Shown piece after piece: positions 1-8,748 of a stretch of DNA of 35,539 nucleotides. Each line of letters starts with the position of its first letter. Position 1 is the stretch's first letter. Position numbers and translations under genes: made by a program. The stretch is from an uncultured Candidatus Peribacteria bacterium. GTDB lineage: Bacteria; Patescibacteriota; Gracilibacteria; Peribacterales; Peribacteraceae. The stretch lies in NCBI GenBank assembly GCA_964636635.1, contig CAZWVP010000004.1, positions 1 to 35,539 on the forward strand, read 5' to 3'. A model generated the notes under the pieces. The model was not told the origin of the DNA. It did not search any database and saw only the letters and a list, made by a program, of their open reading frames with translations.

Positions 1-1
1 T

Positions 2-3000
2 GTGGTAGGAGATATTGTCGTCGTCAGGCCGGGTGAAAAAATCCCCGTCGATGGCACGGTGATGAAAGGACTTACATCCGTCGATGAATCGATGCTTACG
101 GGCGAGAGCATTCCCGTCGAAAAGAAAGACGGAGATCGTGTCTTTGGCGCGACGATGAATGGGAATGGCAGCATCGAATTCAGAGCAGAGAAGATCGGCA
201 GCGACACCGCATTGGCACAAATCATCCGCTTCGTGGAAGAGGCACAGGGATCCAAAGCACCCATTCAGGCTTTTGCGGACTGGGTCTCTTCGTGGTTTGT
301 ACCCGCAGTCATAGGCATTGCGATTCTCACCTTCGGAGTCTGGATGTTTATCGGAGCGGGCTTTACCTTCTCCCTGCTTTCCGCAGTCTCTGTGTTGGTT
401 ATAGCGTGTCCGTGCGCTTTGGGACTTGCGACTCCCACGGCCATCATGGTTGCTACGGGAAAGGGAGCGGAAAACGGCATTCTTATTCGCGGAGGAGAGC
501 CACTAGAGGCTGCAAAGCGAATCAATACCATTGTGTTCGATAAGACAGGCACTCTGACTAAAGGCAAGCCTGAGGTAACCGATGTCGTTGCGCTCCATGG
601 GTCACAAGATGAGCTATTACAACTGGCTGCAAGCTTGGAGCAGGGGTCAGAGCACCCACTGGCAGAGAGCATCGTCAATCACGCCAAGGCAACAGGAATA
701 GCACTCAATACCGTTGAATCATTCAACGCTATTCCAGGTCATGGCATTGAGGCATCAATCAAGGGGAAGAAGTATTTCCTTGGTAACAGAAAACTCATGG
801 AGAAGTTTCAGATTGCGGTGCAGGAGATGGAGGAAAAAATGACGGCGTTGGAGGAACAAGGAAGGACAACAATGATTCTAGCCGATGAGAAACGTGTGCT
901 CGGCATCGTGGCTGTCGCGGACACGGTCAAAGAGACGACGAAGGAAGCCATTGAGCGGCTGCGAACGATAGGCATTGAAGTTTATATGATGACGGGAGAT
1001 AACAAGAGAACAGCAGCAGCCATCGCCAGGAATTTGGGTATCCAGAATGTGTTGGCAGAGGTACTGCCAGAGCAAAAAGCAAGCGAAGTGAAGATGCTAC
1101 AGGAGCAAGGGAAACGCGTCGCCATGGTCGGCGATGGTATTAACGATAGTCCAGCTCTTGCCCAAGCCGATCTCGGGATTGCTATGGGCAGCGGCACGGA
1201 TATTGCAATGGAAACGGGCGGCATCGTGCTCGTGAAGAATGATCTGCGGGAAGTCGTGACCGCGATCAAACTCAGCCGCGCCACCGTGAACAAAATTCAT
1301 CAGAACATGTTCTTCGCGCTCTTCTTCAATGTCATCGGCATTCCCATCGCCGCACGCGCCTTTCAGCATTGGGACATTGTATTGCGACCTGAATTGGCAG
1401 GGTTCGCCATGGCGTTCAGTTCGGTGGCAGTCGTGACGAACTCACTGCTCCTGAAGGGCTTCCACCCCACAAAGCGCAACTGGCTCTCGGACGTTGCCCC
1501 GGTTCTCATGGCCATAGGCTTCACTGCACTCTTCCTCGGCTTCGCCAAACTCAGTAGCGCAGAAACCACAGACATATCATCTGCAGGCCAAAACCTACCC
1601 GAAATCAGCCTCCATGCCTCTAATCTCTCCTCTCCCCTCACGCGCAATGCCGATGGGACAGTTGTGATCAAGCTGGAAACCCGAGAAATCGTCTCGGAAC
1701 TTGCTCCCGGCACGACCTATCAGTATTGGACCTACAACGGCACGGTGCCAGGCCCTCTCCTGCGCGTCCGAGAGGGTGACACCGTGGAGGTACAACTAAC
1801 CCATGCTGCGGAAAAAGAGGTATTTCAAGACATCAGTTTCGATCTCGTTCCAGCTGCTCTTGCAGATGGCGGCAAGACGGCAGACGCGCATGCAGATAGC
1901 GGCGCAGAACATGCTGCAGAAGGCCACGCCACCCACTCCATCGACCTCCACGCAGTCACGGGGCCCGGCGGTGGCTCGGTACTGACACAGGTGAAAGACG
2001 GTGAGACGAAGATCTTCCGTTTCACTGCAAACCGCCCCGGGGTATACGTCTACCACTGCGCGAGTCCCCATGTACCAACCCACATCGCGAATGGCATGTA
2101 CGGCCTCATCATCGTAGAACCCAAGAAAGGCTTAAAACCTGTCGATAAAGAGTTCTACGTCATGCAGGGGGAACTCTATACATCCGGCGCACTCGGAAGA
2201 AAAGGGCGTCAGCAATTCTCGCGTAAGAAGCTTCTTGCCGAAAATCCCGAGTACTTCATCTTCAACGGGCGGACGGGCGCACTCGCCGGAAGCGGCGCAC
2301 TTCGGGCAAACGTCGGCGAACGCATTCGTCTCTACGTCGGCGTCGGCGGCTTCGTCTCATCGAATTTCCATGTCATTGGTACAGTATTCGACAAAGTGTA
2401 TCCCGAAGGTGATATCACCTCCCCGCCGCTGCGCAATGTGCAGACAACCATCATCCCCGCCGGAGGGGCTGCCGTCGTGGAGTTCACGGTCGATGTCCCC
2501 GGTACCTACTTACTTGTCGATCACAGTCTGACGCGCTCCGTGGATCGCGGTGCGCTCGGCGAACTCATCGTCGAAGGACCACGGAATCCCGCCGTGTTCT
2601 CCGCCGTGAATCCCGATCCGAACCACACGCATGCCGATCTGGCGATGTGGGTAGAAGGGCAAAAAATCGATCTTTCTGCAGGGAAGTATATGCTGGATGA
2701 GGAATCGAACGACCCAGAAAAAGAGACAAATCCACATCTCCATGACGGGAATGGCCTTGTCATCCATCGGCACAAGGCCGGGCAATCCCTTGGTGAATTC
2801 TTGAATGCAATTGATATCAGCGCCACGAACGAGTGCATCACCCTCGATGATCAATCTCCGCTCCGCTCGGCCGAACTAGCTCCAAAAAGTGGCAGATCTC
2901 TTTGCAACGAAGACGCGAAACTCTGGCAAATGTTTATCAACGGTACTCAGCAGCCGCTCAATCCCGCTTACATCTTCCAAGATTTGGATCAGATTCTGCT

Positions 3001-3151
3001 GACATACGGTGCTACAGATGGACAAGTGGCAGAGCAGCTGCAATCGCTATCCGATGACGCCTGCTTGTTCTCCCAGACGTGCCCCGAGCGCGGAAAGCCC
3101 CCTGTGGAGAATTGCGTTTCTGATCCATCCATTCCTTGCGTCGAAGCATGA
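2..3151 (+). CDS. 5'-truncated P1B-type copper-translocating ATPase fused in one ORF to an extra TM helix, a NirK-like copper nitrite reductase module and a Cys-rich C-terminal domain
   Basis: The ORF is open from the window edge. ATPase motifs are TGES, CPC ([13 protein letters not shown], nt 407-415), DKTGTLT (nt 539), MTGDN and [10 protein letters not shown]. After the last ATPase TM (about aa 488) comes another hydrophobic helix, [24 protein letters not shown]. NirK signatures follow: [34 protein letters not shown] (Cys codon at nt 2057-2059) and [10 protein letters not shown]. No stop codon occurs anywhere between the modules. Confidence 0.88.
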   Translation: MVGDIVVVRPGEKIPVDGTVMKGLTSVDESMLTGESIPVEKKDGDRVFGATMNGNGSIEFRAEKIGSDTALAQIIRFVEEAQGSKAPIQAFADWVSSWFVPAVIGIAILTFGVWMFIGAGFTFSLLSAVSVLVIACPCALGLATPTAIMVATGKGAENGILIRGGEPLEAAKRINTIVFDKTGTLTKGKPEVTDVVALHGSQDELLQLAASLEQGSEHPLAESIVNHAKATGIALNTVESFNAIPGHGIEASIKGKKYFLGNRKLMEKFQIAVQEMEEKMTALEEQGRTTMILADEKRVLGIVAVADTVKETTKEAIERLRTIGIEVYMMTGDNKRTAAAIARNLGIQNVLAEVLPEQKASEVKMLQEQGKRVAMVGDGINDSPALAQADLGIAMGSGTDIAMETGGIVLVKNDLREVVTAIKLSRATVNKIHQNMFFALFFNVIGIPIAARAFQHWDIVLRPELAGFAMAFSSVAVVTNSLLLKGFHPTKRNWLSDVAPVLMAIGFTALFLGFAKLSSAETTDISSAGQNLPEISLHASNLSSPLTRNADGTVVIKLETREIVSELAPGTTYQYWTYNGTVPGPLLRVREGDTVEVQLTHAAEKEVFQDISFDLVPAALADGGKTADAHADSGAEHAAEGHATHSIDLHAVTGPGGGSVLTQVKDGETKIFRFTANRPGVYVYHCASPHVPTHIANGMYGLIIVEPKKGLKPVDKEFYVMQGELYTSGALGRKGRQQFSRKKLLAENPEYFIFNGRTGALAGSGALRANVGERIRLYVGVGGFVSSNFHVIGTVFDKVYPEGDITSPPLRNVQTTIIPAGGAAVVEFTVDVPGTYLLVDHSLTRSVDRGALGELIVEGPRNPAVFSAVNPDPNHTHADLAMWVEGQKIDLSAGKYMLDEESNDPEKETNPHLHDGNGLVIHRHKAGQSLGEFLNAIDISATNECITLDDQSPLRSAELAPKSGRSLCNEDAKLWQMFINGTQQPLNPAYIFQDLDQILLTYGATDGQVAEQLQSLSDDACLFSQTCPERGKPPVENCVSDPSIPCVEA

Positions 3152-4779
3152 TCCATTCATTTTTCCTCCTCACTCTCCATATGACTGCTCGCATTCTCCT
3201 CATCGGCTCCGCTCTCCTCACACTCACCGCCTGCGTTGCCGAAAACGACACAATGGGCGGGCATATGGGAGGCATGAATCACGGCGGCATGCAGAATCCC
3301 GGCAATGAGGAAGCGGTCTTCCTGGGCAGACCAACCGACATCTCTTCTCTGCCCGAAGCCAAGCCATCGGAAATCATCGAAGTGACCGAAGGGCAAACCA
3401 TCACCCTGCAACCCATGCTGGTGAAAAAAACCATCGGAGAGACGTCCTTGGCGATGTACGGTTACAACGGTCAAATTCCCGGTCCCATGATCCGCGCGAA
3501 ACAAGGCACCACCATCACCGTCGATGTGACGAATTCCATAGATATGCCGACGACCATTCATTGGCACGGCATTCGCCTGGAAAACAGCAACGACGGCATT
3601 CCCGACGTGACGCAAGCAGCCATTCAACCGAACGGTTCATTCCGCTATACGGTGGTTTTCCCGGATGAAGGCATCTATTGGTACCATCCGCATGTCCGTG
3701 AAGATATTCAACAAGATATGGGATTGTACGGAAACTTGCTGGTTCTGCCCGAAAGCCAAGAGGCCTATGCGCCCGTGAACGATACGCAAGTGGTGGTGTT
3801 GGATGATTTGCTGCTGAATGACAACGGCACGATCGTCCCCTACGGTTCCAAAACGGCAAATTTTGCCATGATGGGCAGGTTCGGCAACACCCTGCTTGTC
3901 AACGGCGATACTTCTTTCAAACGAACCGTACCGAAGGGTTCCGTCATACGTTTCTACTTTACGAACGTCGCCAGCGCGCGACCTTTCCGTTTGCAGATTC
4001 CGGGAGCAAAAATGAAACTCGTCGGTTCGGACGTGGGACGGTACGAACGAGAAACATTCGTTGACAGCCTCACTTTGGGCCCGGCGGAACGCGGCATTGT
4101 CGACGTGTACTTTGAACAATCCGGCACGTATGCGCTTCATCATGCAAGCCCCATCCGCACGGCGGATTTGGGCACCATCGTCGTAAGCGATGAGCCAGCC
4201 ACCCCTTCGTATGCCTCCGCATTCACCGCCTTGCGTTCGAACGACGATGTAGAAACGGACATCGATGCGTTTCGTTCATCTTTTGAAAAACCCGTCGACA
4301 AAACCCTGCGACTCACCATTTCCACAAACATGATGAACGGCATGGGCATGGGTCATGGCGGCATGATGAACGAGGAACTGCATGATGGCATAGAATGGGA
4401 AGACAACATGATGAACGCGAACATGCCCGGAGACATGCTGAAATGGGAAATGGTCGATGAAGAAACAGGCAAAAAAAATATGGACATCCTCTGGGAATTT
4501 ACCAAAGGAGACATAGCCAAAGTTCGCATCATCAACGACAAGACCTCCGCCCACCCCATGCAGCACCCCATGCATTTTCACGGACAGCGCTTTCTGGTGC
4601 TGAGCATGGACGGCAAGCCGACGGAAAACCTCGTATGGAAAGACACCGTGCATATTCCGGCCGGCTCCTCGGCAGATCTGCTGTTTGACTTCAGCAACCC
4701 CGGCGATTGGATGTTCCACTGTCACATCGCCGAACACCTGACGAATGGCATGATGGGCATGCTGCGGGTGAGGCAATAG
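3148..4779 (+). CDS. Multicopper oxidase (CueO/laccase-like), probable lipoprotein with Met/His-rich segments
   Basis: Copper-ligand motifs are HWHG, WYHPH, HPMHFHG and [14 protein letters not shown]. The signal peptide has a lipobox (LLTLTAC). Met/His-rich stretches are [13 protein letters not shown] and [13 protein letters not shown]...[10 protein letters not shown]. The ATG at 3148 overlaps the upstream TGA (ATGA). Alternative starts are TTG 3136 and ATG 3181. Confidence 0.9.
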   Translation: MIHSFFLLTLHMTARILLIGSALLTLTACVAENDTMGGHMGGMNHGGMQNPGNEEAVFLGRPTDISSLPEAKPSEIIEVTEGQTITLQPMLVKKTIGETSLAMYGYNGQIPGPMIRAKQGTTITVDVTNSIDMPTTIHWHGIRLENSNDGIPDVTQAAIQPNGSFRYTVVFPDEGIYWYHPHVREDIQQDMGLYGNLLVLPESQEAYAPVNDTQVVVLDDLLLNDNGTIVPYGSKTANFAMMGRFGNTLLVNGDTSFKRTVPKGSVIRFYFTNVASARPFRLQIPGAKMKLVGSDVGRYERETFVDSLTLGPAERGIVDVYFEQSGTYALHHASPIRTADLGTIVVSDEPATPSYASAFTALRSNDDVETDIDAFRSSFEKPVDKTLRLTISTNMMNGMGMGHGGMMNEELHDGIEWEDNMMNANMPGDMLKWEMVDEETGKKNMDILWEFTKGDIAKVRIINDKTSAHPMQHPMHFHGQRFLVLSMDGKPTENLVWKDTVHIPAGSSADLLFDFSNPGDWMFHCHIAEHLTNGMMGMLRVRQ

Positions 4780-4787
4780 ACCGTATG

Positions 4788-4821
4788 AAAAAAAGGCGAC
4801 GGAGCACCCGTCGCCTTTTTT
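4788..4821. terminator. Bidirectional rho-independent terminator between convergent genes
   Basis: An A7 run is followed by stem GGCGACGG (4795-4802), loop AGCAC, stem CCGTCGCC (4808-4815) and a T6 run. The stem is a perfect 8 bp, with an A-run on one side and a T-run on the other. Confidence 0.8.
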
Positions 4822-4836
4822 GGAATGAACGCGAAT

Positions 4837-5895
4837 TTAGAACGAAGACGACTGCCAGCTCTCGGAAGAAACGGAAGAGCTGTTCCAGTCCTCCGACGAA
4901 GATGACGAAGAATCGGACGAAAATTCGGAGCTCGACCAACCGTACGAAGACGACTCGGAAGAAGAGCTGCCGGCGTTGCAGTACCAATCCCACCAGGCAC
5001 AAGCGGATGAAGATTCCGATGACCAAGCGGAAGAATACGCGTCGCTGGAGCTTGAGGAATCCGACGATGATTCACTGGAAGAAGAGTCGGATGAGTACGA
5101 CGATTCACTTGAAGAAGAATCCGATTCCGAAGAATCAGACCAGGACGAAGAAGATTCGAAACAGTTCTCGCTGCTGCTACTGCCGAAATCCCCGCCCGTG
5201 GAACCACCGGCTTCACCCTCTTCCTCGCCGCATTTCTTCTTTTTGCAGAGAACGATCTTTTGGAACGTTTTAGCCGGGAAAGACATGACCATGATGTCCA
5301 TTTCAGGCGTGCGAGCGTAGGTGTTGCCGTCGCTGAGCGTAGCCGACTTCTTCATGGCGAATGACATCGGCTGAATGGGCAAATTCAAGTAGTACTCGCC
5401 GTTGAAATCATCTTTCGTGTAGCTCAAAGCCGGACGCATGGGAACCGCCGGAGGTGCACCGGGAACCTGAACCGCCGGCACGGGCGGCAAGACCGCGGGG
5501 CGAATGTCGGGCGGTATGGATTCGTATTGCACGGGATCGATGGCGGCCTCGCCGGTGATCGTCAAGTCGACCACGTCTGCCGAATACACTGGATCCTTGT
5601 GATCTTGCTGGGTCACAATGACGCGTTCGCCATTCTCACCGCCGCCCACCAATACGTAACCGTCCGGACAGTGTTCCTGCTTGAACGTGATCTGCTTGCG
5701 ATTGATATACTTTACCGTGTACTTGCCGACGCCGACCGCTTCGCCGATTTTCTTCACCCACCCTTTCGTGCTGGAAAATTCACCGTCGGCAATATCGACT
5801 TCAGCCGGGCCGGCTGCCAAGGCAATGCCAAAACCAACTGTGGCGACAAGTAAAAGTGCGACACACACCGATGTCCAAAATGATTGTTGTTTCAT
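4837..5895 (-). CDS. Secreted or membrane-anchored hypothetical protein with a C-terminal Ser-rich low-complexity tail of about 120 aa
   Basis: The N-terminus MKQQSFWTSVCVALLLVATVGFGIALAAG looks like a signal peptide or anchor. A Pro-rich linker follows. The tail is dominated by Ser with interspersed D/E, W/Y/F and Cys (SSACAWWDWYCNAG). I chose the ATG at 5895 rather than the track start at 5946. Confidence 0.75.
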   Translation of the reverse strand: MKQQSFWTSVCVALLLVATVGFGIALAAGPAEVDIADGEFSSTKGWVKKIGEAVGVGKYTVKYINRKQITFKQEHCPDGYVLVGGGENGERVIVTQQDHKDPVYSADVVDLTITGEAAIDPVQYESIPPDIRPAVLPPVPAVQVPGAPPAVPMRPALSYTKDDFNGEYYLNLPIQPMSFAMKKSATLSDGNTYARTPEMDIMVMSFPAKTFQKIVLCKKKKCGEEEGEAGGSTGGDFGSSSSENCFESSSSWSDSSESDSSSSESSYSSDSSSSESSSDSSSSSDAYSSAWSSESSSACAWWDWYCNAGSSSSESSSYGWSSSEFSSDSSSSSSEDWNSSSVSSESWQSSSF

Positions 5896-5922
5896 GGGCT
5901 GCAGGGAAATGAGTGAGTCCAC

Positions 5923-5951
5923 ACTACATGGCTTTCCCCCATGCAAGTCAA
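5923..5951 (-). promoter_or_regulatory. Candidate sigma70-type promoter for the Ser-rich protein gene
   Basis: Read on the minus strand: TTGACT (5946-5951), 17-nt spacer, TGTAGT (5923-5928), 27 nt upstream of the ATG. This is pattern matching only. Confidence 0.25.
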
Positions 5952-5984
5952 CACATATGCCGCGAATATGATAGTCTCGGAGCG

Positions 5985-7244
5985 ATGAAAGACGACTTGT
6001 ACGACGTAGCCGTCATCGGCGGAGGGCCTGCCGGCATGATGGCCGCGGGACGCGCGGCCGAGCTGGGGGCACGGGTGGTGTTGCTGGAAAAAAACGCCAC
6101 GCTCGGGCAAAAATTACTCATAACGGGCGGCGGCCGTTGCAACATTCTCAACGCCGAATTCGATGCGCACCTGCTCACCGAGAAGTACGGCAAAAAAGGC
6201 AAATGTCTGTTTTCGGGTTTCGCGCAGTTCGATGTGCAGGCGACGGTGGATTTCTTCGCCGAACGGGGGCTACCCATAAAAGTGGAAGCCGAGAAGCGCG
6301 CGTTCCCCGTGACTGAAAAAGCGGAAGACGTGCACAAGACGATGGTGCGCTACATGGCGAAACACGGCGTGGAAGTGCGCACGGAATGCCCCGTGTCTGG
6401 GGTGGAGAAATCCGGCAAATTGATCACAAAAGTTGTACATAATTCTGGCTTTATTAAAGCGAAAAATTACGTATTGGCCACGGGTGGAAAATCTCGTCCC
6501 GAAACCGGCTCCACCGGCGACGCCTTCCCATGGCTCACAGAGCTCGGACACACCGTCACGCAACCGGACCCCGCACTGGTGCCGGTCACGCTGAAGGACC
6601 GCTGGGTGCCTGAACTTTCCGGCGTCAGCTTCAAGGGTGTGAAGCTGAGCGTGTCGCAACAAGGCAAAACGCACGACGCACGCGCGGGCAAACTGCTCTT
6701 CACGCACTTCGGCTTAAGCGGGCCGCTGGTGCTCAACATGAGCAAGGGCATCGGCGCACTCCTCAAGCACGGACCCGTTTCACTCGCGCTGGACCTCTTC
6801 CCCGCTCTGGACGAAGGCGCCGTGGACAGGATGGTTCTGGCCTCCTTTACGGAGGGGCAGAACAAACTCATCAAGAACCACTGCGGCCAATTGGTACCGC
6901 CGAAATTGGGCCATGTGCTGCTGCGACTGGCGAACATTGACGGCGAAACCCCTTTGTATCGCCTCACCCGCGAGGAGCGACAACGCTTCGCCGGGCTGCT
7001 CAAAGCCCTGCCCATGGAGGTTTCGGGTTTGCTGGGAGAAGACAAAGCGGTGGTGACGGGCGGTGGCGTCAGCCTCAAAGAAGTGGAGTTTTCCACGATG
7101 CAATCGAAACTGTTCCCCAACCTCTTTTTGGTGGGAGACATCCTCGATTTCGACCGACCCTCAGGCGGTTTCAGCCTGCAAATTTGCTGGACGACGGGCT
7201 GGGTGGCAGGCACTCACGCCGCGGGTAATCAAAGGCTTGTCTAA
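5985..7244 (+). CDS. NAD(P)/FAD-dependent oxidoreductase, YhiN/HI0933/BaiN family
   Basis: Rossmann motif DVAVIGGGPAGMMAAGRAAELG and family signature LITGGGRCNILN. Length and C-terminal GDILDFDRPSGGF...W(T/A)TG fit the family. The start is placed at the ATG just before the dinucleotide-binding motif. Confidence 0.88.
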   Translation: MKDDLYDVAVIGGGPAGMMAAGRAAELGARVVLLEKNATLGQKLLITGGGRCNILNAEFDAHLLTEKYGKKGKCLFSGFAQFDVQATVDFFAERGLPIKVEAEKRAFPVTEKAEDVHKTMVRYMAKHGVEVRTECPVSGVEKSGKLITKVVHNSGFIKAKNYVLATGGKSRPETGSTGDAFPWLTELGHTVTQPDPALVPVTLKDRWVPELSGVSFKGVKLSVSQQGKTHDARAGKLLFTHFGLSGPLVLNMSKGIGALLKHGPVSLALDLFPALDEGAVDRMVLASFTEGQNKLIKNHCGQLVPPKLGHVLLRLANIDGETPLYRLTREERQRFAGLLKALPMEVSGLLGEDKAVVTGGGVSLKEVEFSTMQSKLFPNLFLVGDILDFDRPSGGFSLQICWTTGWVAGTHAAGNQRLV

Positions 7245-7256
7245 GCCATTCAATCC

Positions 7257-7285
7257 TTGTGCAATCCCCGGGACGGTGCTATAAT
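7257..7285 (+). promoter_or_regulatory. Candidate extended -10 promoter
   Basis: TTGTGC (7257-7262), 17-nt spacer, TGcTATAAT (7277-7285). It lies directly after the YhiN-like stop and upstream of the in-frame TTG at 7293. Confidence 0.3.
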
Positions 7286-8708
7286 AAGGAGATTGAAATA
7301 CCCAAAACACCACATTCTGGCCTGGCTGCTTAGCGCCTTCTCGGTCTCGCCGTGCTTGGTGGTGGTGAGTTCGGTGCTGTACCCGGCGGTGTTCGCGTAC
7401 CATCAAGAACTCATCAGCCAATGGAAGACGGCTCCGAAAGCGCCTGCATCCGCCATCATGTCCATACCGTCCGCGGAAATCTCCCGCACGTTGGCAACAC
7501 TCAAAAAACGCATAGAAGAAAAATACGCCATCGACATCGTTACGGAAGACGACGAACGCCTGCACTCCGCCTACGACATAGCAGTGACTCCGTTTCCGGA
7601 CGAAGAACTGCCGGTGCACTTGCACAATTTGAACGAATGGCTGCGCAAGTACCCGCCGCTCTACATTCGCAACGCCGGCTTGAAAACCGTGTACCTCTTG
7701 CAAGACTGGCAAGTGGAAGGCGAAGCGTTCGGGGGATTTTTGCCGAACACTTCAAGCATCGCCATCACGTCTTCGGAATTCGTTTTTCACCATGAATTGT
7801 TCCACTTGGCCGACTTGAACGACGGCGGTTTGTTCGACGAAAATTCCGACTGGGCGCGCAACAAGTGGGGCGCATTGCCGACGGAAATACGCAAAGGCAA
7901 CGGGCTGGAGGCCATTCGTCTCATGCACCGACAAGAAGACATTTCGCGACCGCAAGGGTACGTCTCGCTCTACGGAAAACTGGGAGGCGTGGACGAAGAC
8001 CAAGCGACCATGGTGGAACTGCTGCTCACGCGGCCGCAGCAACTTTTGAAACTGAGCGAGAAAGACATCCAAATCGCAAACGGCACCTCGTACCTGAAAG
8101 AATTCTTCTACGCGCGTTCGAACGGCATGATGGATGAACGCTTCTGGAGCGATCTGATTTTGAAAAACGACGTGCCCGACGACTACTGGGACAAGCGCCA
8201 CTTCGTCGGCGATTACCGGGTGACGGAAGCCTACGAACCGGCGCGCTTGAATTATTTGGACTTGCTGCGCGCCCGCACGCTGCTTGCGGCCGGCGATACG
8301 GCGGAAGCGGAAAACGTGTACAAGAACATCATTCAACGCACTCCCAAGCGCACGAACGTCACCAGGGAATTGGGGCTCATTTACGAAAGCCTCGGGCGCT
8401 ACGCCGATGCCAATGCCATCTACCGAGCCAAAGGCGTGACCCAGCCGGACCATTTCTTCGATTTGAGCATCGCCAAAAACGAGGTGCGACTCGGCAACAT
8501 GGAAAGCGCCGTGCTGCACTACCTGCTGGCTTGGCGCAAAGAGTATCTTTCACCGGAAGAAATGACGGAATTCCAAAGCACATACGAGCGCTACGCCGTG
8601 GGTCTCGCCAAGGCCGGCAAGCGCCAAGACGCGGCGCAAGCGTATCGCATAATGCTGCGTATTTTCGGCTCCAATCCCAAGTGGGAATCGGCCGCCAAAA
8701 ACAACTGA
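7257..8708 (+). CDS. Membrane-anchored putative zinc metallopeptidase-like protein (HExxH) with C-terminal TPR repeats
   Basis: N-terminal TM ILAWLLSAFSVSPCLVVVSSVLYPAVFAY and an HExxH motif in FVFHHELFHLADLNDG. The C-terminus is TPR-like (LLAAGDTAEAENVYKNII..., LGLIYESLGRYADANAIY...). The start is uncertain between TTG 7257 (track) and in-frame TTG 7293, which would give MKYPKHH followed by the TM. Confidence 0.75.
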   Translation: MCNPRDGAIIRRLKYPKHHILAWLLSAFSVSPCLVVVSSVLYPAVFAYHQELISQWKTAPKAPASAIMSIPSAEISRTLATLKKRIEEKYAIDIVTEDDERLHSAYDIAVTPFPDEELPVHLHNLNEWLRKYPPLYIRNAGLKTVYLLQDWQVEGEAFGGFLPNTSSIAITSSEFVFHHELFHLADLNDGGLFDENSDWARNKWGALPTEIRKGNGLEAIRLMHRQEDISRPQGYVSLYGKLGGVDEDQATMVELLLTRPQQLLKLSEKDIQIANGTSYLKEFFYARSNGMMDERFWSDLILKNDVPDDYWDKRHFVGDYRVTEAYEPARLNYLDLLRARTLLAAGDTAEAENVYKNIIQRTPKRTNVTRELGLIYESLGRYADANAIYRAKGVTQPDHFFDLSIAKNEVRLGNMESAVLHYLLAWRKEYLSPEEMTEFQSTYERYAVGLAKAGKRQDAAQAYRIMLRIFGSNPKWESAAKNN

Positions 8709-8748
8709 ACACTTGCCCACCTCATCCCTGCTCCTCCACACTGATACC

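Noticed and set aside
4707-5320. Plus-strand ORFs (188 aa Lys/Arg-rich, 114 aa Asp/Glu-rich) and a 164-aa minus-strand ORF over the Ser-rich tail
   Set aside because: They are alternative readings of the purine-rich or AGC/TCN repeat DNA. Only the 369-aa minus frame connects to a signal peptide and a globular N-domain.
7286-7291. AAGGAG as a Shine-Dalgarno for the HExxH gene
   Set aside because: It is only 1 nt from the nearest in-frame start (TTG 7293) and lies directly against a TATAAT box. It probably cannot act as both leader element and promoter context, so I left this unresolved.
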